This document shows positions 28,400-36,492 of a stretch of 64,000 bases of DNA, one piece after another. Position numbers and translations under genes: made by a program. How positions within the stretch are numbered: position 1 is the first letter of the stretch; the number at the start of each line of letters is the position of its first letter. This DNA comes from Desulfobacterales bacterium. Its GTDB lineage: Bacteria; Desulfobacterota; Desulfobacteria; Desulfobacterales; UBA5852. Where the stretch lies: assembly GCA_963674755.2 (NCBI GenBank), contig CAXXVS010000002.1:2336001-2400000 (forward strand), written 5' to 3'. The notes beneath the pieces are model-generated. The model ran no database searches and was not told where the DNA came from. It saw nothing but the letters and a program-made list of their open reading frames with translations.

Positions 28400-29203
28400 A
28401 TGAAAAAATATCTAATTATCACAGCCATATTGTTATCAATAATAATTATTGGAACATCAGGGTGCAGTGTTATTAGAAGTGCTCGGATAATCGCCCCTTC
28501 GTTATTTGGCACAACCGAAATAAAAGAAGGGATTTATTTAGATGAAGATGCAACTGAAAACCAAAAAAATGAATTATACTCATCTGTTAATACAGCCAAG
28601 GAAAGGCTTGCTTATTTTTATGGAACGTTAAAAACAAAACCCAAAATTGTGGCGTGTGGCACAGAGGACTGTTACAGGAAGTTTGGTGGGGTTTCAGCCA
28701 AAGGAAAAAATTATGGCAGTGTAGCCATATTATTATCACCAAGAGGAATCAATCCAGAAATAATATCACACGAATGGTCTCACCGTGAATTATTTGAAAG
28801 ACTGGGATTTTTCAAAAGCAGGAAAATAGCATATTGGTTTGATGAAGGTTTAGCTGTTTATATCAGTAAAGATGAAGTCTATTCGCATGAAAAGTGGTTA
28901 AAAGCAACGGAAAAAACAAATAAGACACTTGGATTGGATGATATAGATACATTACAAAAGTGGTTGAAGGCAAATCGGGAAGAAGAACACATAATGTCTT
29001 ATGGCGCTGCACGGGAAGAAGTAGCCCGGTGGCTTGAAAGAGCCGGAGTTGATGGTCTAAAAGAGCTTTTAAATAGATTAAGCAAAGGCGAAGACTTTTA
29101 TTCCGCCTATTTTTCAATAGCAAAGATAAACTCAACATTTCTGGAAAGAATAACATATAACAAGGATAATGCAGCGGACGCCAAAAACCGCGCCGCTGAT
29201 TAG
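28400..29203 (+). CDS. Cassette gene: putative lipoprotein zinc metallopeptidase (gluzincin-like)
   Basis: Signal MKKYLII...GTSGC; SHEWSH (HExxH) followed by WFDEGLA. Confidence 0.78.
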   Translation: MKKYLIITAILLSIIIIGTSGCSVIRSARIIAPSLFGTTEIKEGIYLDEDATENQKNELYSSVNTAKERLAYFYGTLKTKPKIVACGTEDCYRKFGGVSAKGKNYGSVAILLSPRGINPEIISHEWSHRELFERLGFFKSRKIAYWFDEGLAVYISKDEVYSHEKWLKATEKTNKTLGLDDIDTLQKWLKANREEEHIMSYGAAREEVARWLERAGVDGLKELLNRLSKGEDFYSAYFSIAKINSTFLERITYNKDNAADAKNRAAD

Positions 29204-29214
29204 CAACGTTAGAC
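29155..29214 (+). mobile_element. attC site (array 2, cassette 3)
   Basis: ATATAAC...gcagcggacgc-aaaaa-cgcgccgctga...GTTAGAC; the R'' complements GTTATAT. Confidence 0.85.
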
Positions 29215-29390
29215 CCAAGGAAAGACGTAATAGCAATGCCAAAATTCGAACCAGACAACCAGCTTTCTGTAGAGATATATGAGGAGGCTAGTGTTTTTAT
29301 TATATTCTTACGATTTTGACCTTCACCCTGGCACCGTTAGTCACCCCAAACGTCTATATATCATCTCATCTATTGATAGGTAGGTATAGG

Positions 29391-29723
29391 ATGAAAAGGT
29401 ATATTTCAATAATTACCGGAGTATCATTTATCGCATTGGCAACTTCCGGTATGATGATGATATTCATAGGTGGTTTTGAGCTCATGCTCAGGATGCATCT
29501 GGTACATAACTTTTTTGGCATAGTTTTGTCCATCGCAGGAATATTTCACATCTATTATAATTTCAAGCCCATAAAAAAATATCTGAAGAATAGACGGATC
29601 GTAATTTTCACCGCTTTTCTCTCGGTTGTTCTCATATTCTTGTACGGTATTGGGTTATATGTGGATATTGATCTGGAAATGATCAATCAGATAGAAGCAA
29701 TACTTAAGAATCATATGCATTGA
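29391..29723 (+). CDS. Small 3-TM protein with His residues in the helices (DUF4405-like)
   Basis: ATSGMMM, MHLVHNFFG, FHIYYNF. Confidence 0.65.
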   Translation: MKRYISIITGVSFIALATSGMMMIFIGGFELMLRMHLVHNFFGIVLSIAGIFHIYYNFKPIKKYLKNRRIVIFTAFLSVVLIFLYGIGLYVDIDLEMINQIEAILKNHMH

Positions 29724-30002
29724 TACTGATTCTTTCTCCTTGCCAGAGAGATGATAGATGAGATGAAAATAATATGGTATACGACAAAAGCATTACTTTT
29801 ATTGGTTTTCATCATATTGATGATAGTATTTTTACAATACTGTAATCGCATGGAGTTCCGGGGACATGATACTTAATTCCAACCAGAAAATGCACTGGAT
29901 AAACCGGTGATTTTCATGTTATCATATCCCAAGCTAATCCATAACTCCTCTGGAACTGAGATACCTGCTATCACATCAGACCAACGCCACCCTAAAAACG
30001 TG

Positions 30003-30036
30003 AAGGCCAACCCCCAAACATATGAAGGTTGGCCTT
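30003..30036. terminator. Hairpin at the end of the tup operon
   Basis: AAGGCCAACC...GGTTGGCCTT. Confidence 0.55.
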
Positions 30037-30060
30037 TCGACTTAAGGCATAGCGCTCTTT

Positions 30061-30795
30061 TCACGCTGTCCAGTGGTCTGCGTGTCGGCGCTTGCCATAA
30101 ATATTCTCCCACACCCCCTCGTTTTTAGGGCGCACGAGCAGGACCGGCCGGTGCCCGATGAGACGCGGCCGGAGCCAGCGGTGGGTCAGCACCCGGTCTT
30201 CGGGAGCCGGCAGCTGGGCGTCGCGGTCTTCGGCCACGACTTCGATGTCCTGCCCCCGGATATCCGCCACCGTCATGACCTCCGGCGCGCCCCGCAGATC
30301 CCCGAGCTCGATATAGCGGCCCGCCCAGCCCGAGGCGGTCAGACCGACGGCCGCCGCCGCCCCGATGATGCCGTCGTTGGTACCCCCGTGCCCGGACAAG
30401 TGGGCCCCGTCCACCTGACGCAGGGCCTCCGCCTGGGAGGCCACCGCGTGGGTACAGCGGCGGCCGAAGGCCACCAGATCCGTCAGGGCCGCATGATCCT
30501 CCGCCACCACGCACAGACCGGGGTCGCTGCCGTCGGCGGCATGGGCTTCGATGTGCCGGACCGCTTGCTCCACCAGAGACGCCAGCAGATCCGGCGCCGC
30601 AACCTCCAGCACCATGCAGGCCGCGCTGTTGTGGGAGGTATAGGGAATGTCGTCGCACACCAGAAGCTGCTGCCGGACAACGCCTTGACAGCGGCAGCCT
30701 TCCGGAAGCATGGGTTGAAACCAGCGGGCCACTTTACCGGTGCCGTATTCCGAATCGCTCGCGTCCGTATCGTCAAATCCAACAAATACTCTCAT
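30061..30795 (-). CDS. Uncharacterised protein resembling the TiaS catalytic N-terminal region
   Basis: VGFDDTD, GTG, IPYTSHNSAAC, SDPGLCV, GIIGAAAAVG; starts 4 bp after the tupC stop. Confidence 0.7.
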   Translation of the reverse strand: MRVFVGFDDTDASDSEYGTGKVARWFQPMLPEGCRCQGVVRQQLLVCDDIPYTSHNSAACMVLEVAAPDLLASLVEQAVRHIEAHAADGSDPGLCVVAEDHAALTDLVAFGRRCTHAVASQAEALRQVDGAHLSGHGGTNDGIIGAAAAVGLTASGWAGRYIELGDLRGAPEVMTVADIRGQDIEVVAEDRDAQLPAPEDRVLTHRWLRPRLIGHRPVLLVRPKNEGVWENIYGKRRHADHWTA

Positions 30796-30799
30796 ACGC

Positions 30800-31822
30800 T
30801 CAAATCCAGGTGATGTGATCGATGCGGTAGCCGGCATCGAGGGGTTGGCCGGGGAAGAAACGACCGTCATGAAGCTGCTGCTCGGTCAGAGGGACGCTGA
30901 AGGCCAGATCGCCGGCCATGACGGTGGCGATAATCCTGCCCGTGCGGCGTTCCCGGCTGAGACGCCGGATGGTGCCCCTGACCGACTGATCCGCCGAACC
31001 CGTTTCGGCACCAGGCCCTGTGCCGTCCAGAAGGGAAAACCGGATAATGGCGGCGGCATCGGCATAGGGCGGTGGGGATACGGTCAGGCGTGCGCCCTCG
31101 GTCAGCTGTTTGCCATAGCGCCCATCGGCCATCGTTTTCCATGGGCCCAGGACAATGGTCTCGTGCCGTGTGCCGAGCACTTTCCCCCGGAACAGGTGCA
31201 GCACGTCGTCACAGACATCGTGGAGCCATTGCAGGTCGTGGCTGGCCACCACGATGGCGGTGCCCCATTCCTGTAGCGCCTGCAGGGCAGCATGCTGAAT
31301 CAATTGGGCGCTGGCGACATCCACGCTGGCAGTGGGTTCGTCCAGCAATAGCACTTTGGGTTTCAGCACCAGACGGGCTGCCAGGGCCACCCGCTGGGCC
31401 TCCCCGCCGGAAAGGGCATACCAGGGACGTGGGGCAAAACGGTCCGCGGGCAGCCCCACCAGGGCCAGCGCCTGATGCACCCGCTCGGCAATGCCGTTTT
31501 TTTCTCCGCGCAGCTTCAAGCCGTAGCTCACGTTGTTGAAAACGCTGCGCTTCATCAAAAAGGGCTCCTGGGGCAGAAGGGTTATCCGGAAGCGGGCCGC
31601 CTCGCAAAAAGGCGCGATGGGCTTTCCGTTATAGCGGATGTCTCCTTCCGTGGGGCGCTCGATGCTGCCCAGCATGCGCAGCAGGGTGCTCTTGCCGCTG
31701 CCGTTGGGGCCCACCAGCCCCGTGATGGCGCCTCCGGCGATGGTCAGCCGGTCGATATCCAGCACGAGCCTTTCAGCGTAGATGTGCTTCAGGGCGTGGA
31801 TTTCAAAAAGGGGGGCGGCCAT
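30800..31822 (-). CDS. tupC: Tungstate ABC ATPase with C-terminal TOBE-like extension
   Basis: GPNGSGKS, LSGGEAQRVALA, LLDEPTASVD; follows tupB. Confidence 0.88.
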   Translation of the reverse strand: MAAPLFEIHALKHIYAERLVLDIDRLTIAGGAITGLVGPNGSGKSTLLRMLGSIERPTEGDIRYNGKPIAPFCEAARFRITLLPQEPFLMKRSVFNNVSYGLKLRGEKNGIAERVHQALALVGLPADRFAPRPWYALSGGEAQRVALAARLVLKPKVLLLDEPTASVDVASAQLIQHAALQALQEWGTAIVVASHDLQWLHDVCDDVLHLFRGKVLGTRHETIVLGPWKTMADGRYGKQLTEGARLTVSPPPYADAAAIIRFSLLDGTGPGAETGSADQSVRGTIRRLSRERRTGRIIATVMAGDLAFSVPLTEQQLHDGRFFPGQPLDAGYRIDHITWI

Positions 31823-31824
31823 GC

Positions 31825-32514
31825 TCAGGCCCGCCTTCTGAGAAAGGATACCGAGAGGTTGACCCCGAAAGCGATCACCAGAAGCACGAGGCCCAGGGCG
31901 ACCCCCATGCCGAACAGTCCCTTGTTGGTTTCCAGTGCGATGGCCGTGGTGATGGTGCGGGTATGCCACTTGATGTTGCCGCCCACCATCATGGAAATGC
32001 CCACCTCCGTCATCACGCGCCCGTACGCGGCCACCCCGGCCGCCAGGATACCGCGCCGGGCTTCCCACAGGCTGCTCAGGAACAACTGCCGCCGGTCGGC
32101 GCCCATGGACAGCAACGCGATACGCAGTTTCTTGTCCATGCCCTCGATGGCCGTGGCGCACAGCCCGATGACGATGGGCAGCGCCAATATGGCCTGGCCA
32201 ATGGCAATGCCCGGCAGGGTGAAGAGCAGGCCCAGTTCTCCCAGGGGACCGCGGCGGGTCAGGAAGGCGTAGACCAGCAGCCCGATGAAAACCGTGGGCA
32301 GGGCCATCAGGGTGTCCACGACGGTGCGGACCCCCTGCTTGCCCGGAAACTGGAAATAGCCCAGGCAGAAGCCGGTCGGGATGCCCACCATCAGACTGAA
32401 GACCATGGAATAGCCGGAGGCCTGCAGGGTGGCCCCGATGGCGGAGTAGGCCTCCGGGTTGCCCGTAAAAAGCAGGCGCAGGGCCTCGAAAAAGCCTTCC
32501 AGTAGAAAATCCAT
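31825..32514 (-). CDS. tupB: Tungstate ABC permease
   Basis: ALPTVFIGL, RRGPLG, EVGISMMVGGNI, TRTITTAIALET. Confidence 0.92.
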   Translation of the reverse strand: MDFLLEGFFEALRLLFTGNPEAYSAIGATLQASGYSMVFSLMVGIPTGFCLGYFQFPGKQGVRTVVDTLMALPTVFIGLLVYAFLTRRGPLGELGLLFTLPGIAIGQAILALPIVIGLCATAIEGMDKKLRIALLSMGADRRQLFLSSLWEARRGILAAGVAAYGRVMTEVGISMMVGGNIKWHTRTITTAIALETNKGLFGMGVALGLVLLVIAFGVNLSVSFLRRRA

Positions 32515-32654
32515 AGCTGTTTTCGCAACGGGTTAAAAAATGCGACGATCCGGACGGCATCCATTTCCCCCGCCCGCATCGTCGCATTGGTGTCAGCAGG
32601 TCAATTTGCTCTCAGATCAAGTTCCCGAGGTCGATTCCCAGGAGGGGTACGCCA

Positions 32655-33494
32655 TTACTTGTTGGCATTGGGCGTAAAGAGCGTTTTCCCGAGCAGTTTG
32701 AAGTCCCCGATGGCTTTTTGCGTCTCGGGGCTGATGATCCATTGGATAAAAGCCTGGGCCAGATCGGTCTTTACGTTGGGGCAGTGCTTCGGGTTGACGG
32801 CGATCACGCTGTACTGATTGAGAAGCGCCTTGTCGCCTTCCACGAGAATTACAAGGGGGGGCTTGCCGCCCATATTGTTTTCGTACTTGATGTAGGTCCC
32901 CCGATCCGTCATGGTGTACCCGTCTTTCTCGGCGGCCACATTGATGGTTTTCAGCATGCCCTGACCGGTCTGGACATACCAGCTTTCCTTCTCGGGCACC
33001 GGCAGACCGGCGGCCTTCCAGAGGGAGAGCTCTTTCTTGTGGGTGCCGGAGTTGTCGCCCCGGCTGACGAAAACCGACTTGGTGGCTTCGATGGCGCTCA
33101 GGGCATCCTTGATGGATTTCCCCTTGATGCCGGCCGGATCATTCGGGGGGCCGATGATGACGAAATCATTATACATGACCTCCCGGCGGTCCACGCCGAA
33201 GCCGTCGTCCACAAATTTCTTCTCGGCCGCCGGTGCATGAACCATCAGGATGTCCACATCGCAGTTTTCGCCCAGCTTCAAGGCCTTGCCGGTGCCGGTG
33301 GCCGTCCAGCGCAGTTCGATGCCGGTGGCGGCCTGGAACTTAGGTGCCAGATAGTCCAACAGACCGGTGTTGTCCGTACTGGTGGTGGTGGCCATCGTCA
33401 GGACTTTGTCCGCAGCCTGCGCGGAAACCGTGACAGAAACCATCAAAAGGAATGCTAACAGGGCGATGCTGATTTTGCCATTGATCCTGTACAT
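32655..33494 (-). CDS. tupA: Tungstate-binding periplasmic protein
   Basis: TTTS signature, GTGKAL, VHAP, YNDFVIIGP, SRGDNSGTH, TDRGTY. Confidence 0.94.
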   Translation of the reverse strand: MYRINGKISIALLAFLLMVSVTVSAQAADKVLTMATTTSTDNTGLLDYLAPKFQAATGIELRWTATGTGKALKLGENCDVDILMVHAPAAEKKFVDDGFGVDRREVMYNDFVIIGPPNDPAGIKGKSIKDALSAIEATKSVFVSRGDNSGTHKKELSLWKAAGLPVPEKESWYVQTGQGMLKTINVAAEKDGYTMTDRGTYIKYENNMGGKPPLVILVEGDKALLNQYSVIAVNPKHCPNVKTDLAQAFIQWIISPETQKAIGDFKLLGKTLFTPNANK

Positions 33495-34007
33495 GCCTTT
33501 GTCCCCTTTCGTCGATAGAGTGATTGGTTGTGGTTGGGTGGTAAGGATTGAAACATGCTTGGCGTTGATCGCTTACCGTACTGGTCGTTAAATGTCAATT
33601 CTAACAGGGGGTATGTCAAACCCGGAATTCGAATACCGAAAATAACCCCAACGGATTAAAACAGATATGGTGGAAGGTTTGGAGCAGAAGAGGCTCTTGC
33701 CCAAGCAACCCCGCCGGCGTCCCCCCGGGTATCGCAATCGGTTATCCGCTGCCAAAGCTGCCGCCCTAAGACAGGGACGGATGAATTTCCGCATTTGGGC
33801 CACACTTTGCATCGGCGCTGACATTGTCAAGCGGTCCGAGGGGTGTTCCCTTAGCATGGTGCCGGTTGAACACATTATTGCAGCCCCTAACCAAATCGGC
33901 TCTACGCTTTTCATCGCCATTAAAAGCTGTATACTGACAACAACGATAAACCATATGGTCGTTGCAATTCACCAGTCACAGTTTTTGATGCGGCGGGGAC
34001 ACACACC

Positions 34008-34454
34008 ATGGGTGCAAAGCCTTCTTATCGGGAATTGGAAGAACGCCTCCAGGCCGTCGAGGAGCATGGTCGCTATCTGAGGGTCATCATCGATAACACC
34101 ACGGATCTCATCAGCCAGCATGACCCCAGGGGAGTGCTTATCTATGCCTCGCCCGCGGCCTTTGATTTAACGGGCTATCGGCCGGAGGAGCCCGTCGGTC
34201 GGAGTGCCTATGACTTTATTCATGCGGATGATATCGGAAATGTCCGCCGGAGCCACCGCCAAATTCAGAAGGCCTCCGTCGTCACCTCGGTGATCTATCG
34301 GTTCCGGCACAAGCGCGGGCATTTTGTATGGTTGGATTGGAATCAAATCGAGAACTACATCCGCGACCACTCGGCGGCGGAATTCAGCCACAGTTTATGC
34401 GCCGAATGTGCCAAACGGCACTACCCGGAGTTGGACCTTGATTCCGAGAAATAG
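34008..34454 (+). pseudogene. PAS-domain sensor, apparently internally deleted
   Basis: PAS (TGYRPEE...FIHADD...YRFRHKRG) fused directly to WNQIENYIRDHS..FSHSLCAEC. Confidence 0.6.
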
Positions 34455-34497
34455 GTTCCGGCGCCCGTCGTGAAAAGAAGATAAAGGCGGTCCTGCC

Positions 34498-35715
34498 ATG
34501 CCCCAATCCTATATCGGCTTTCCCCAAGCCCTGAAACTGACCCTCGCCGGCGTCAGCCCCCTGACGCCCGAGAAGCGCGCCTTGGCCGACGGCCTGGATG
34601 CCGTCGCTGCCGAGGATATCTACGCCACGGTCGATTCGCCTTCAGCCCCCACATCCCTCAAGGACGGTTATGCCGTCCGATCCTCGGATATTGCCGGGGC
34701 CTCAGCGGAGCATCCCGTCCGGCTCGTCGTAACCGGTGGCAAAGCGGCCGCCGGCGCGCCGAAACGGGAAAACGTCCCTGCCGGCGCGGCCGTCCGCATC
34801 CTCACCGGCGGCCGTCTCCCGCAACAGGCCGATACGGTGGTGGCCGAAGAATTCGCGGGCCTTGCAGACGACGGCATCGTGGTGGATCAAGCCCTGGCCG
34901 CCGGGCGCAATGTTTTGCCGCAAGGCACCGATGTGGCGTCCGGCGAAAAGGTGGCGGCGGCCGGGGATCGGCTGACACCGGGACGTCTGGGCCTGATCGC
35001 GGCCGCCGGCCGTGCCCGCGTCCGGGTCCACCGAAATCCGCGGGTCGCCGTTATCGCCACGGGCGACGAAGTCCGCCTGCCCGGCACCCCGCTGGCCCAA
35101 GGCCAGCTCTATGCGAGCAATGCCGTCACCCTGGAGGCCTGGTGCCGGCGCTTCAACTGCGCGACCGTATTGACCATCGTTCCCGATCGACGCGAGACCA
35201 TCCTGGCCGCGCTGCAGAGGGCCGTCCAAACCTGCGATGCGGTGTTGACCAGCGGCGGGGCCTGGTCCGGCGAACGCGACCTGGTCCGCCAGGCCCTTGA
35301 AGAGCTCCGCTGGCAGATGGTCTTCCACCGGATCCGCCTGGGGCCCGGCAAGGGCACCGGCATGGGTCTGGTCGGCCAATGCCCGGTATTCATGCTGCCC
35401 GGTGGGCCGCCTGCGAACCTGGTCGGCTTTTTGAAACTGGCTTTGCCGGCCCTGCGCAAGATGGGTGGGCATCAGGACGCCGGCCTGGCGGGGCAGCGTG
35501 TCCGCCTGGAGCGCGAAGTCCGCGGCCGGCAGGGGTGGACCCAGGCCGTGTTCGGCAATATCCTTGTGAACGGCGAGGGCTGCCGCTTGTTTCAGCCCGA
35601 CCGGCAGGCCAGCCGGCTGAAGTCCATCGGCCAGGCCCAGGCCCTGTTGACGATCCCCGAGGGGATCGATCATATGGCGGCCGGGCTTGCGGTAGAGGTG
35701 GAGATGCTTGCGTGA
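34498..35715 (+). CDS. moeA: Molybdopterin molybdo/tungsto-transferase
   Basis: SLKDGYAV, RILTGG, IATGDE, TSGG, LPGGP. Confidence 0.9.
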   Translation: MPQSYIGFPQALKLTLAGVSPLTPEKRALADGLDAVAAEDIYATVDSPSAPTSLKDGYAVRSSDIAGASAEHPVRLVVTGGKAAAGAPKRENVPAGAAVRILTGGRLPQQADTVVAEEFAGLADDGIVVDQALAAGRNVLPQGTDVASGEKVAAAGDRLTPGRLGLIAAAGRARVRVHRNPRVAVIATGDEVRLPGTPLAQGQLYASNAVTLEAWCRRFNCATVLTIVPDRRETILAALQRAVQTCDAVLTSGGAWSGERDLVRQALEELRWQMVFHRIRLGPGKGTGMGLVGQCPVFMLPGGPPANLVGFLKLALPALRKMGGHQDAGLAGQRVRLEREVRGRQGWTQAVFGNILVNGEGCRLFQPDRQASRLKSIGQAQALLTIPEGIDHMAAGLAVEVEMLA

Positions 35716-35842
35716 AGGGCGCCGTTGCCTTGGGCATGGCCGGCAAGGGCCCCGGCCCCCATGCTGCATATGGCCGCACCGAACGCCTGGGGGCCGACAT
35801 AAACCCTTAGCCCGGCAGGAGCCGAAGAAGAAGGAAACCTTT

Positions 35843-36457
35843 ATGGGCCGATGGGCCGGCATCATATTATCCGGCGGCTTGAACACCCGCATGGAAGGCC
35901 GCAACAAGGCCTTCCTCACCATTGACGGGCAGACCTTTCTGGACCGAATCGTCGCCACCCTGTCGGCCTGCTGCGGCGACATGCTCCTGGTGACCCGCGA
36001 ACCCGAACGTTATGCCGGCCATGCCGACCGAGGTCTCCGGGTCGTTACGGACATCCTGAGCGCCCGCAGCGCCCTGACCGGGATCCACGCCGGACTGGTC
36101 CACATGCAGGCGGACTATGGCCTCTGCGTGGGCTGCGACACCCCCTTGATCAAAAAGGGTGTGCTGCGCATGCTGATGGCGGCCACCGATCCTGATACGG
36201 ACATCGTGGTGCCCGCCTCCGGCCCCTATTTTCAGCCCCTGTGCGCTGTCTATGCCAAGCATTGCGCCCCGGTGATCGAAGCACAGCTTCGAAGCGGGGA
36301 TTTCAAAATCGCTCATTTGTTCGCCCGCATGCGCGTCCGGAAGATCCCCTACACGCAATTCCGCATTGTCGACGAGCGGCTCGTCTCCTTTTTCAATGTC
36401 AACAGCGAAGATGATCTGAGGCTAGCCCAAGCGGGTGATATCCCGGATATCACCTGA
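35843..36457 (+). CDS. mobA: Molybdenum cofactor guanylyltransferase
   Basis: ILSGGLNTRMEGRNKA, GIHAGL, GCDTP, QPLCAVY, FNVNSEDD. Confidence 0.9.
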   Translation: MGRWAGIILSGGLNTRMEGRNKAFLTIDGQTFLDRIVATLSACCGDMLLVTREPERYAGHADRGLRVVTDILSARSALTGIHAGLVHMQADYGLCVGCDTPLIKKGVLRMLMAATDPDTDIVVPASGPYFQPLCAVYAKHCAPVIEAQLRSGDFKIAHLFARMRVRKIPYTQFRIVDERLVSFFNVNSEDDLRLAQAGDIPDIT

Positions 36458-36492
36458 CCGGAAGGGGTTTTGAAACCGGTCTTCCGGCACCG

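Noticed and set aside
30800..32587. 595-aa TupC as given in the ORF track
   Set aside because: Upstream part overlaps tupB out of frame; the likely start is ATG 31822
33592..33619. ModE or TunR operator upstream of tupA (two ATGTCAA 21 bp apart)
   Set aside because: Direct repeats that read as TTGACA -35 boxes on the minus strand; no palindrome I can assign
33720..33800. c-di-GMP-I riboswitch-like fragment (CAAAGC...CTAAG)
   Set aside because: P1 stem, GNRA loop and P2 pairing are missing
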